Positions 13,098-26,334 of a stretch of DNA of 64,000 nucleotides are shown here, one piece after another. Within the stretch, counting starts at the first letter, position 1; each line of letters opens with the position of its first letter. The stretch is from the NCBI RefSeq assembly GCF_963921235.1, contig NC_086097.1, forward strand, positions 86,864,001 to 86,928,000. Direction: 5' to 3'. A program made the position numbers and the translations under genes. Under the pieces are notes generated by a model. It was given only the letters and a program-made list of their open reading frames with translations. It searched no databases and was not told where the DNA came from. This DNA comes from Mobula hypostoma. Taxonomy: Eukaryota.

Positions 13098-13455
13098 TAT
13101 TTACCCTTCTTGTTTTTTTTTCACTGTTTTAATGGAGGTCGGGATTGAGGACGTGATTTTAAGTTTAACTCTGTTTGGTTTCAAGTTAGCCCATTGCTTT
13201 GCTTTGCTTTTAGGTAGTTGCACGGTGGGTTTTTTTTTGGGGGGTTTTTTTTTCTTTTTTTTTTCCATTGATATATATAAAATCTAGTATACTATTATGT
13301 TATCTTGGTTTCTTATGCTTAAATTACATTGTTTGTAGTATTTTCTTTTTGGTATTGTTATCTTTTGGAATTTTATTGTACTTTAACATTGTATTAATGT
13401 TTATATGGCTTACCTTTTTTGTATACTTACTCAATAAAAAGATTTAAAAAGAAAG

Positions 13456-14126
13456 AAGATCTCTGAAGATCTAACCTGGTCCCAACATATTGATATAGTC
13501 ATAAAGAAGGCAAAACAACAGCTATACTTCATTAGGAGTTTGAAGTGATTTGACATGTCAACAAATACACTCAAAAAATTCTATGGTTGTACCATGGAGA
13601 GCATTCTGACAGGCTACATCACTGTCTGGTATGGAGGGGCTACTGCACAGGACCAAAAGAAGCTGCAGAAGGTTGTAAATCTAGTCAGCTCCATCTTGGG
13701 CACTAGCCTACAAAGTACCCAGGATATTTAGGGAGCAGGGTCTCAGAAAGGCAGCGTCCATTATTAAAGACCTCCAGCACCCACGGCATGCCCTTTTCTC
13801 ACTGTTACCATCAGGTAGGAGATACAGAAGACTGAAGACACACACTCAGCGATTCAGGAACAGCTTCTTCCCCTCTGCCTTCTGATTCCTAAATGGACTT
13901 TGAAGCTTTGGACACTACCTCACTTTTTTTGATATACAGTATTTCTGTTTTTGCACATTTTTAATAATCTATTCAATATGTGTAATTGATTTACTTGTTT
14001 ATTTATTATTATGTTTTATTTTATTTATTTTTTTCTCTCTCTGCTAGATTATGTATTGCATTGAACTGCTGCTGCTAAGTTAACAAATTTCACGTCACAT
14101 GCCAGTGATAATAATTCTGATTCTGA
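13456..14126 (+). mobile_element. Same Rex1/Babar-like LINE; part downstream of the L1 insertion
   Basis: Frame resumes FLGVKISED|LTWSQHIDIVIKKAKQQLYFIRSLK, then becomes degenerate. Ends in an (attctg)n tail. Confidence 0.88.
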
Positions 14127-14889
14127 GAAGCTGGATCTTGGTCGAAGTAGTTGTCTTTTCACTCTGCATTTGGATAAGCTTTATTGGAACTGAGAGGACA
14201 AGGAGCTGACAGTAGGGATTGGCAGCAGAGTATTAAAGTTATGGAAATAATTTGTAAATTAAAGCAATAAAAATGTAATCGTACACAATGAGAGTAGACA
14301 GTGAGTATATAAGTATCTTATACAACAAGTTGAAGAATTCTGTATTTACTGAGATAAGAGGGAGCAATCAAGAATCTATCTTTATGATGTAACCATTTTC
14401 TTTGGATGTTTGCATTTTTGTTCACAAGAGAACATAATGTAAAATAGAGCATAAGAAATGAGGAAGTGAATAATCAGCAAAATTATGTCAAGAGGTAGTT
14501 ACACGGTAATTTTACTTCAGCCTTTGTTGGTTATAGTTCTTTTCATTTGGGAGTATTCAGGAGCTGAACTGTAAAATCTCGGCAACGTATTGTTAATGTG
14601 CAGTTTCGACGAGCAGCAGGATATATGTCAAGTCAGATGGACATTGCTGAGATATTTTCAGCTATACCACACCTGGGAGAGCTCAAACCACATGTATTGA
14701 AAGGTAGAACCCTTCTCAATCTGTACTTGCCATTGCTGCTGATGAGTACGCTTGGCAGGAACCTTGGTGCTGATTAGGGCAGAGCAAAACAAGGATTGTG
14801 GGAGAAAGGAAAAATAGTTTAATAAGATTAAGAGCAACAAGATGGCTAAGTATTTAGTTCTAAAAGAGATTACACGTTAATTCTTTATT

Positions 14890-15233
14890 ATGGTAAAAGT
14901 CCATTAATCCAGCACTTTTAGGAATTAGGTGGTGCTAAACTAGCAGATTTTCTGCATGAGTGAATGATGCTCCTATTACTATCCAAATGTTTTATTTCAT
15001 ATGTTATACAACTGTAATTCCAGTGAATATAAGAGGAGTGTTAAATATGTTAGTATTCCAGCTGCAGACCTACCTATATTCATGACCCCTGATGTTCCAG
15101 CATCAGCCCCGACTCCAGCTACACTCCCAGCCCAATCTAGCCATACTCTGGGCTCTCCACTCACATTCTGGATCAATGAGCAAGTTTATATGATTTCCAA
15201 ACTATTGGATGCTGGATTATCAAGGTTTTACTG
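14890..15233. mobile_element. Possible Tigger/pogo-like MITE
   Basis: Imperfect terminal inverted repeat gtaaaagtccattaatccagca / tgctggattatcaaggttttac. Confidence 0.4.
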
Positions 15234-15291
15234 TTTAGGAAGATCATTGTTATGTAGCTGTTTCTCTGTTGGAAAAGTTACAGATATATAA

Positions 15292-15624
<333 letters not shown>

Positions 15625-16471
15625 TGAATTGAATAAATACTAACAGAGATCAATTGCAAGGGAAGGAGGGAGAGGGCAGGAAGCTGACCAACTGGATTGC
15701 TCTTAAAAATTTCTGGCTGCTGATGGGATGGAAGGCTTATTTCTGTGATGTACTATGTCATGATGCTGTGATCAGCATTTCCTGGGCAAAAAGTCCTATC
15801 ATGTATGATTCTCTGGCCTTTCTTTCCACTCAATTTTTGTCTCTCCAGGTTTTTCTCAGTCAATAGAAGCACAATGATGCAGACCTTTTATTATTTAGAT
15901 GGCTATACAACTACTTAGCTGCTAGTGATGTTCCTTTTGAAAATGTTGTACTTGAGTTGCATGTGCAGTTGCTATTTGAATTCAGCTGCAATTATTAAAC
16001 AGATTTTAACTAGGATTCCAGGCTTTGTTCCTGCATGCATTGTAATAATATACCAGGAAATGCAAAGTGAAAGCTGCAAACAGCAATCTATTGACTAAAT
16101 TATGTGGCCAATGGGGAAATTATAAAACCCCTAGATATTTCCTAATCCCTTATTTGTATGGGTTTCCATGTAATGTCCAAAATAACAGGTCTTGTGTTGA
16201 AAAAGAGAAGTGTACAATAACGAGATTTAAAACTTGATAGTGGTAACTTGATGCTTTCTGGCAGATGGGTAGTAGAGTATTAGGTAACAATACAATAAAC
16301 TACATAACTTTTTAAAGTTTTTTTTTAATAACCTCATGAGGGAGTCTTGCAGGTTTTAGCATCTTGTAGCTCCATAATCGGATTTCCTGTTGAGAGACTG
16401 AACATTTTTTTCACTTTCATCTCATGCTGATATTTTTTATAATTAAAATGCACCTAGGTGGCAGTCTGTGA

Positions 16472-16717
<246 letters not shown>

Positions 16718-16999
16718 TAGTGGAGGACTGGTTGATAAGCTCCAGCTACATCAGGTTTATTGTCTAAGCCTTAGTTTGCTTCCAGATGTGGTAATTATGA
16801 GTCAAACAATATTGTGAAAAACTTAGATTTCTGATGTTAGAATAAATTGGGAAGGAGACGGTGGTGCCACAATTTGTTTTAATTCATGAGAAAAGAAATT
16901 TACTCCAGAAATCCAGCAAAGTGTTGTCCTGATTATTCAATAGATGTTTCATTTCAAGTTATTTTGAATTGTTCAGTTCAAACTGCTCAAAATACTGAC

Positions 17000-17500
17000 C
17001 AGTTGGTTTAAAGCCAACATCTGTGGAAGGAGAAGCATTTAATGTTTTACCTTCAGGAACCTTCATCAGAATTGGGGAAATAAAAATTAGTTTTCAATGG
17101 AGGAGGAATGTGTAAAATACAGGGAATATCTCTGATAGGGTGACCCAAAAGTCTTAATTGGGAACAGTTAAGCCACTTTGTGCACGTGTTGTAAGCATAC
17201 TATAGGACATGCCTGGCAGACTATACCACACAAATACAACAAGAGCTAAGCTAACATGATGACAGGCAGAAATGGCCAGTTCGGACACAAAGAAGAATAA
17301 GTGAGCTCTCTAAGATGGGGCATTCGATACTGAGTCCAGAGGACTGTAATGTGATTAAAGAGAAGATAAGGTGCTTTTTCTCGACCTTATGTTGGGCCCT
17401 TTTGTAGCAATGCCAGACAAATATGATGGTGTGGAAGTGGTATGGTAAGATGGGAATTGCACAGAGGGACCAAACTGGGTGCAATTAGAAATGTTACAGG
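17000..17500 (-). mobile_element. Old Penelope-like element 3' fragment
   Basis: Minus ORF 17251-17484 contains AQHKVEKKHLIFSLITLQSSGLSIE, resembling the GIY-YIG C-terminus of PLEs. Decayed hammerhead core ctgatgaagg near 17060-17069. Confidence 0.55.
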
Positions 17501-18374
17501 TTGACTTACTGACAAAAGAATCGAGTTCTACCTCGGGTCTGCAGTCGCAATCTTCCGTTGATCCCCATATGCTTCTGCCGATGCTGGCTGCTCCTTTCAG
17601 GAAATGTGGCTATCTTGTAGGTTCTGCCCAACTCCTACAGTATTGCTGAAAAATTGGCATACTCTAAGATTAAGTGGACATCCTACTGTATATCTAAAAA
17701 CAAATTGGAATTCCCATACTAAGTATGACTATGAGGAGCCGTTGGGATGGACTAGCTTATGTGGAAAGCAGCCAGACAGACATGAACTCTGGGCTGTAGA
17801 GGGGCTGATTAGGTCCAATTTACAGGCTGGATATGGCTCATGTCCTGAATGTTGTGCACCCCGGATCTAGGGGTTGACTGGACAAAGGTGGAAGGTGGTG
17901 TACCATACAGATCGAAACTTTTACAATTTACACTAATAATTTCTTTAGGAATTGGATGGGTGAGAAATTTTAAAATAAGTTGTACACACCAAATTGGGAT
18001 GTTACGTTAACGCAAATGAATAATGGAACAAAATTCAAATAAAAAAATAACTTGCAGAATGGTATACTAATTAGAAAATTTCAATATATTTGAAATGCTG
18101 CTTTTTTTTGTCAGTGACCCAGACTGATTGGATATTGAAACTGAACTACATGGAAGTAGTTCATGCAGTGGAGCTGGGGGAGGTGGGGGGGTATTGATGG
18201 ATACAGAGGCACAACTTGTTTAAAAATAATCAACACTGGTTAACAATTTCATTTTTTTAAAATCAGAATGTAGAGTAAGAGATTAAAAAAATAACAGTCC
18301 TTCATTTTTGTGAATTTCACTAGAAAAGATAATCAGGAAAACATATGTAGATACAAATTGCTCCTGTTTATCAT

Positions 18375-21007
18375 GTGGTCAGGGATACTATTACAGCTAC
18401 AGAAAGGGTGAGTAATGTAGCAGGATCCTCTTTTGAGTCAGTATGGGTGGAAGTCAGGAACAGGATGGTAGCAGTTACTCTATTGGGAGTATTCTATAGG
18501 CCCCCTGGTAGCAGCAGAGATACCGAGGAGCAGATTGGAAGGCAGATTTTGGAAAGGTGCAAAAATAACAGGGTTGTTATCATGGGTGACTTTAACTTCC
18601 CTAATGTTGATTGGCACCTAATTAGTTCCAATGGTTTAGATGGGGCAGAGTTTGTTAAGTGTGTCCAGGACGGACTCCTGTCACAGTATGTTGACAAGGC
18701 CGACTAGGGGAAATGCCATACTAGATCTAGTATTAGGTAACGAACCGGGTCAGGTCAAAGATCTCTCAGTGGGTGAGCATCTGGGGGACAGCGATCACCG
18801 CTCCCTGGCCTTTAGCATTATCATGGAAAAGGATAGAATCAGAGAGGACAGGAAAATTTTTAATTGGGGAAGGGCAAATTATGAGGCTATAAAGCTAGAA
18901 CTTGTGGGTGTGAATTGGGATGATGTTTTTGCAGGGAAATGTACTATGGACATGTGGTCGATGTTTAGAGATCTCTTGCGGGATGTTAGGGATAAATTTG
19001 TCCTGGTGAGGAAGATAAAGAATGGTAGGGTGAAGGAACCATGGGTGACAAGTGAGGTGGAAAATCTAGTCAGGTGGAAGAAGGCAGCATACATGAGGTT
19101 TAGGAAGCAAGCATCAGATGGGTCTATTGAGGAATATAGGGTAGCAGGAAAGGAGCTTAAGAAGGGGCTGAGAAGAGCAAGAAGGGGGCATGAGAAAGCC
19201 TTGCCGAGTAGGGTACAGGAAAACCCCAAGGCATTCTTCAATTATGTGAAGAACAAAAGGATGACAGGAGTAAAGGTAGGACCAATTAGAGATAAAGGTG
19301 GGAAGATGTACCTGGAGGCCGTGGAAGTGAGCGAGGTCCTCAATGAATACTTCTCTTCAGTATTCACCAATGAGAGGGAACTTGATGGCGGTGAGGACAA
19401 TATGAGTGAGATTGATGTTCTGGAGCATGTTGATATTAAGGGAGAAGAGGTGTTGGAATTAGGATGGATAAGTCCCCGGGGCCGGATGGAATATTCCCCA
19501 GGCTGCTCCACGAGTCAAGGGAAGAGATTGCTGAGCCTCTGGCTAAGATCTTTATGTCTTCATTGTCTACGGGAATGGTACCGGAGGATTGGAGGGAGGC
19601 GAATGTTGTCCCCTTGTTCAAAAAAGGTAGTAAGGATAGTCCGGCTAATTATAGACCAGTGAACCTTATGTCTGTGGTGGGAAAGCTGTTGGAAAAGATT
19701 CTTAGAGTAGGATCTATGGGCATTTAGAGAATCATGGTCTGATCAGGGACAGTCAGCATGGCTTTGTGAAGGGCAGATCGTGTCTAACAAGCCTGATAGA
19801 GTTGTTTGAGGAGGTGATCAGGCATGTAGATGAGGGTAGTGCAGTGGATGTGATCTACATGGATTTTAGTAAGGCATTTGACAAGGTTCCACATGGTAGG
19901 CTTATTCAGAATATCAGAAGGCATGGGATCCAGGGAAGTTTGGCCAGGTGGAGTCAGAACTGGCTTGCCTGCAGAAAGCAGAGGGTCGTGGTGGAGGGAC
20001 TACATTTGGATTGGAGAGTTGTGACTAGTGGTGTCCCACAAGGATCGGTTCTGGGACCTCTACTTTTTGTGATTTTATTATTGAACTGGATGTGGGGGTA
20101 GAAGGGTGGCTTGGCAAGTTTACAGACAACGTAAAGGTTGGTGGTGTTGTGGATAGTGTAGAGGATTGTCGAAGATTGCAGGAAGACATTGATAGGATAC
20201 AGAAGTGGGCTGAAAAGTGACAGATGGAGTTGAACCTGGACAAGTGTGAGGTGGTACACTTTGGAAGGACAAACTCCAAGAGTACAAAGTAAATGGCCAG
20301 GATACTTGGTAGTGTGGAGGAGCAGAGGGATCTGGGGGTACATGTCCACAGATCCCTGAAAGTTGCCTCACAGGTAGATAGGGTAGTTAAGAAAGCTTAT
20401 GGGGTGTTAGCTTTCATAAGTCGAGGGATAGAGGTTGAGTGGCAAGGTAGTGATGCAGCTCTATAAAATTCTGGTTAGGCCACACTTGGAATACTGTGTC
20501 CAGCTCTGGTCACCTCACTATAGGAAAGATGTGGAGGCATTGGAAAAGGTACAGAGGAGATTTACCAGGATGCTGCCTGGTTTAGAGAGTATGCATTATG
20601 ATCAGAGATTAAGGGAGCTAGGGTTTACTCTTTGGAGAGAAGGAGGATGAGAGGGGACATGATAGAGGTGTACAAGATAATAAGAGGAATAGATAGAGTG
20701 GACAGCCAGAACCTCTTCCCCAGGGCACTTCTGCTCAATACAAAAGGACATGGCTTTAAGGTAAGGGGTGGGAAGTTCAAGGGGGATATTAGAGGAAGGT
20801 TTTTTACTCAGAGAGTGGTTGGAGCGTGGAATGCACTGCCTGAGTCAATGGTGGAGGCAGATACACTAGTGAAATTTAAGAGACTACTAGACAGGTATAT
20901 GGAGGAATTTAAGGTTGGGGGTTATATGGGAGGCAGGGTTTGAGGGTCGGCACAACTTGGTGGGCCAAAGGGCCGGTACTGTGCTGTACTATTCTATGTT
21001 CTATATG
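18375..21007 (+). mobile_element. CR1 LINE, 5'-truncated, frameshifted ORF2 (partial APE plus RT)
   Basis: GVFYRPP, MGDFNFP, LDLVL, SDH, KSPGPDG, NYRPV, DFSKAFDKVPH, SGVPQGSVLGP, VRPHLEYC across several frames. (ttctatg)n tail at ~20990-21007. Confidence 0.93.
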
Positions 21008-21929
21008 CTCTTCATAAGTGTTAGAATTCCTCTAATAATTGAAATAGGGCTTGAACTGAGGTTTTGCTCTGGAGGAAATGAGATTTTACAGCAAGTCTTG
21101 CTGTGCAATCTCTCCCAAGAGAAAAATTTATGCTGAGATTTTTGGAGGGAAGATGGTACTTATTGCTGTCAGACTCCTGTATCTTTAGTTATATTTAAGA
21201 ACCCCTAAAGTACTCCTACAATTCTGACGCTAACTAAATCATACTATCTTTGTGATCATGGTCATGACAATGTTGTGTTCACTGCACACTGCCTGCTACG
21301 TTTATAAAATGTGCTTTAGAATAGATTATGTGACTACATAAATCGTTTTACCTACTGGTTTATGAAAAAATAATGGAATATAAGATAGATTAAAGCTAGA
21401 AATAGCAATGTTTTTAAAATATGAAAAGAGCAAGTATAACTAATTTAAAGTTGATAAATGCTATGAAATTCTGCTGGAATTCTGAGAGCCTATGGATGCG
21501 CATAAATATATTTGAAAATTCTAACCTGAATTTCATCTCTGCAGGTCCTAATGGATCTGCCAGCATTTTTTATGTCAGTATTCCTTTTAAGACTTGACAA
21601 AACTAGAGTAGTGCAGAGTCAGTAACCACATAATTAGTGCTAGCTATTAAATTCTCAAGAATCTTACTGACATTATATTTGCCTTTCTCATTTTACTGTT
21701 GACAATTCCCCATCTCTATACTTGTATTGATAATAGTGGATTTAGAAATCACTTCTTGGGCTTCACATTATGATGCAGATGTAATCAGGGATCGAACTGG
21801 AAGGAGGAATTTGAAATTTATTATTGAGCATCATTGTTCAAGCACAGAGCAGTGCATTTATTATGATCCTTTTGTGAAATTTATAACCATTAAGTGTAGT
21901 GCTTATTTTTTAAATGTAACAGATAATGA

Positions 21930-22130
<201 letters not shown>

Positions 22131-23829
22131 TAATTCGTGTGGCCATTGTAATCACTACAAGTTGGTTTTCTGTATCCAGGCAAATACTGTATATTCTAGG
22201 TAACCAAATACATTTTTAACTTAAATTGGACAATTGAAACTTCCTTTGATAATCAGTAAATTTAACCAATTAGCCCTTGATGGGACAAAGTTAAAGGTGG
22301 GGAGTGAGTCAATAAATTCTTTGTTGCTAAATGATCAAATGTGACAAGTCATGTACTGAACATAACTGACTACAAATTATACACTAAAGTTAAGGTCAAG
22401 TGTACACAGATTGACATGATATATAACAGAAGTTGTATTCTGATAACAAATTATGAACAAGAAAAGCAGGACAGAAAGGGCACTGATAAATGCTGAATGT
22501 TAACTGGAGTGGTAATGTGAGTCTGAGGTTATAAGTCCCTAAGAACACTCGAAGAATAATTCTATTGATTGTTCATCACTTTAATGCCTTGGAGTGCCAG
22601 TTCTTCAAATACTACTGGTTTGAACTTAAATGTGAAGCTCTCTATTCCTTCAATCATTATCGATGTTCAAATCCTGATTAGATTATACTGTATATCCTTT
22701 ACTCAACTTTGCTTTCTGTTCTTTAGCTAATTTCCAACCTATTTCCTTTAAATATTGGTAGATGGGCAAAGAGTTCTTAATAATGTAACACTTAAAGTTA
22801 CATGATCTTGTCTTTTATGATTTTGAAGCTCTATATGTTTTAATTCTTATCTGTGATCATTTTTAAAATATGTATTTGCTCAGATGATAATTTGATCTGC
22901 TAGATTCCAGGGTCCTTTTGAATTAATGCATGACAACACAGGCTTTTCATAGCAGGTTTCATTATATTTTTGTGATCTGTCATCGTGAACATTGGTAAGC
23001 AGTGCAGATTCCAGCAATGACATAGAACAAGTCATCCAAGATTAATGTTCTTGCATCTTGCAGCTTTGGTTCACAGTTTCCTGGTAGTCATTTGTGGGAA
23101 ATGCAATTGCATATAACAGTTGCAGGCTTCCTCTGGCATATATTTTGTGGCTGGTGAATATTACAAATGTCGATATAATGCTTGATTAAATAGTTTCAAA
23201 GCCCATCCAAATAATAGGCACAATCTAAAATCTACAATTTGCCACAGTAATCCTTTTGTTATGAATTTCCAGTTAGAAAACACTCATCCACTACTACCCT
23301 CTGCCTTAATCTTCTAGAATGGCCTACTGTATAAGATGTTGTTAAAAGCATTATTAAACTAATCATTCTGTCTACAGCAATCTCTGAAAAACACATGATC
23401 ACATTTATGACACATGATATCTCTTGCTGGTCACTCAGCATTTGGAAAAAGTGCCTACATGAGCACTTGAATTGCTTAGGCCTAAAAGTCTATGGATTAA
23501 GTGCTGGGAGACGGGATGCTCAGTGTTGGTGTGGTACAAATGGCTTGTTTCTATGCTGTATTATTTTATGAGTTTATAAGAACAAATATATCAAATGGCA
23601 GAACGTTTTATTCATGGTAGCTTCGATTTAAGAGCTCAAAATATAAACCCTGATAAGAGAGTAATACCTTCCTTTTACTTGGGGAGTTGTTCAGTACATC
23701 ACTGAATGGCTCCATTTATTTTTGTCTGCCCGGTAGACCTTGCTGTTCTTTAAGTGCTGGCTTCAGTGCTAACCAGTGCTTCTGGTGCTTAAGTATTTTG
23801 CTTTGAGTTCAACCTATTTGTTTGTTTAG

Positions 23830-24192
<363 letters not shown>

Positions 24193-24432
24193 TAGTACTG
24201 GAATTGTTGTGTGGATATTGGGCAATCCACAGAAGTCCCAGTAGCAACAGGTGCATTTTCAGTTTCATACCTCAAATGCATAGCAATTGCACAAGTAAGT
24301 TATAAGATCTGAATTGGTAACCCATGTATTTGAAAATAGTTTATAGCTGACATGAAATACATTTTAAATTTGGTCTTATGGCAAGAGTAACCAATTTCAG
24401 AACACATATTCTCTTTGGTAGTGTCTTTATGC

Positions 24433-24781
24433 CAGTGGCCCCCACCTCTGGGCCGCGGACCGATACATTGCTGCAAAGAATGCAGTGATGCAGCGGTAGT
24501 TGGAATGCACCCAGCACATCTTTAAGAAAGAAGCCGAAATAAACAAGCTAATTAAATAGGTGCCGCCCGGCACGTAAATGTCGGCCCAGATCAGAGGTGA
24601 TTGTCGATTGCGTCGCCTCTGATCTGGGCTAACATTTACGTGCTGGGCGGCACCTAATTAATTAGCTTGTTTATTTCGGCTTTTTTCTTAAAGGTGTGCT
24701 GGGTGTGTTCGAACTACCGCTGCATCACTGCATTCTTCGTGGCAATGTATCAGTCCGTGGCCCAGAGGTTGGGGACCACTG
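24433..24781. mobile_element. 349-bp fully palindromic hAT MITE
   Basis: CAGTGG...CCACTG ends. Perfect 8-bp TSD CTTTATGC (24425-24432, 24782-24789). ~165-bp arms are reverse-complementary around a centre near 24605. Confidence 0.93.
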
Positions 24782-26334
24782 CTTTATGCTGTCCCTCATC
24801 CAGTCTGCTGATGAGTTTCTACAAATCGTTTGAATAACAAGAAAATGCAGTGACTGCAGCCTTGTCATTCATAATTGGCCTGGCATCATCATGTTTCCAG
24901 ACTGAATCCTAGGAAGGGCTCTAAACTAAATATAAAATTATCTTATTGCCACCTCTGTTGATCCTTCTTGCACTCACTACCCAAGATTAGTTTAATGATT
25001 GCTCTTGATTTGAAAGAAGGCATTGTATATTCAAGGTTAACTGGGCAACACATGATGGCCTCAATAAGTGTAACGTGTGATGTGGACAACGCAGGTTTAT
25101 ATCAGAGTGCTATTGACAGCAGATTTCTTGTTTAACATCAGCAGTACTTCCAGCAATGTAAATGACTATTTTGGAATACTAGGCAATCATTTCATGCAGA
25201 ATTTCAATATACATGTATATTTAAACAAAAGCCAATCTCCTTTACTGTTTCAGTGCGCTCTGATAAATGATTTGCTTAGTTGTATTATTACCTTAGACTT
25301 TTGAACAGAATGTGAACTTACTTTGATGTGATCAGCAGCTGTGGAATGTGGTAATGAAGTTTTAATATTCAATCAGAGCAGCCTTTGTGCATGCTTATCT
25401 GCAAACCACAGTATCTGAGTGCCTGGCTGTTCTCATATATCAGTCAAAGTATCGAGCGAACTGCTCTTTACAAGGTCAAAGGAATTAGTCCATGTCACTT
25501 CTATTTGTTGAGAATACCTTCAGAGTAGAAATAAATGATGGCGTTTTGTTTGACAGATTATACAGTCAAAATATGTATAAACAATTAGTTCAATGCCCAT
25601 TTAAAATAGTACAGAATAGCAGTATTTTGGCTCATCTAATGTACAACATTTCAAAATGTATAACAAGATCATTTTCCACAAAAGATATTATTTTGTGGAA
25701 AACATATGTATATTACAGAGGATGTACAAAAAATTATTGAGCATCCTTTTTAAAGAACGAAGATGAAGAGATAGAGAAAAATTTGGAGAGGGCATTATAG
25801 GGGTAGAACAAGAGCTAAATATATCGCTCTCAAAGGTGGAGCAATTAAAATGAGCAACGTCTGAATTGAAGGGGTTTGCATGTCTGAAGGAGAATGAAGT
25901 TGTCAGAACTAAGGGCATGAAGAAGTTTTAAAACATGGGTGAGAATTTTAAAATCAAGGCTTTACTTATCCAGGAATGAATATGGGGTGGTGAGCAGAGG
26001 GCGATAGAAGAGCAATGGAAATTCAGATCTAGCAAAAGATCTTTTCCATACAATTTATAGAATAGAATGAGGAGTTAGAGCCATAAGAGCAATGAAATAG
26101 CTATGTCCAGAACCAACAAAGATGTGAGTAAGCAATGTATGAAGAAAGGTAGGGCTGAATTGGGCAATTTAATAGAGGTAGAATTAAGCATTTTATCACT
26201 GTGTTATCCAAAATGCACTGTAGGATCCATTTTAACATCAGTAATTGTACAGTGCAGTTTGGCCTCCTATAGTAGCCAGATGGATGGGAATGAAAAATTA
26301 TCTTTTATAGTTTCATTACTTAACTGAAGAAAAT

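Larger units (their letters stand above)
7542..13455 (+). mobile_element. Full-length L1-clade LINE (5914 bp), both ORFs intact
   Basis: Perfect 17-bp TSD AAGATCTCTGAAGATCT at 7525-7541 and 13456-13472. Short 5' UTR, ORF1, ~720-bp T-rich spacer, ORF2, 3' UTR, AATAAA at 13433 and an A-rich tail. Confidence 0.96.

Noticed and set aside
18879..20371. Antisense ORFs over the CR1 (also 45134-46222 and 54849-55770)
   Set aside because: Shadow frames of CR1 ORF2 with no independent evidence.
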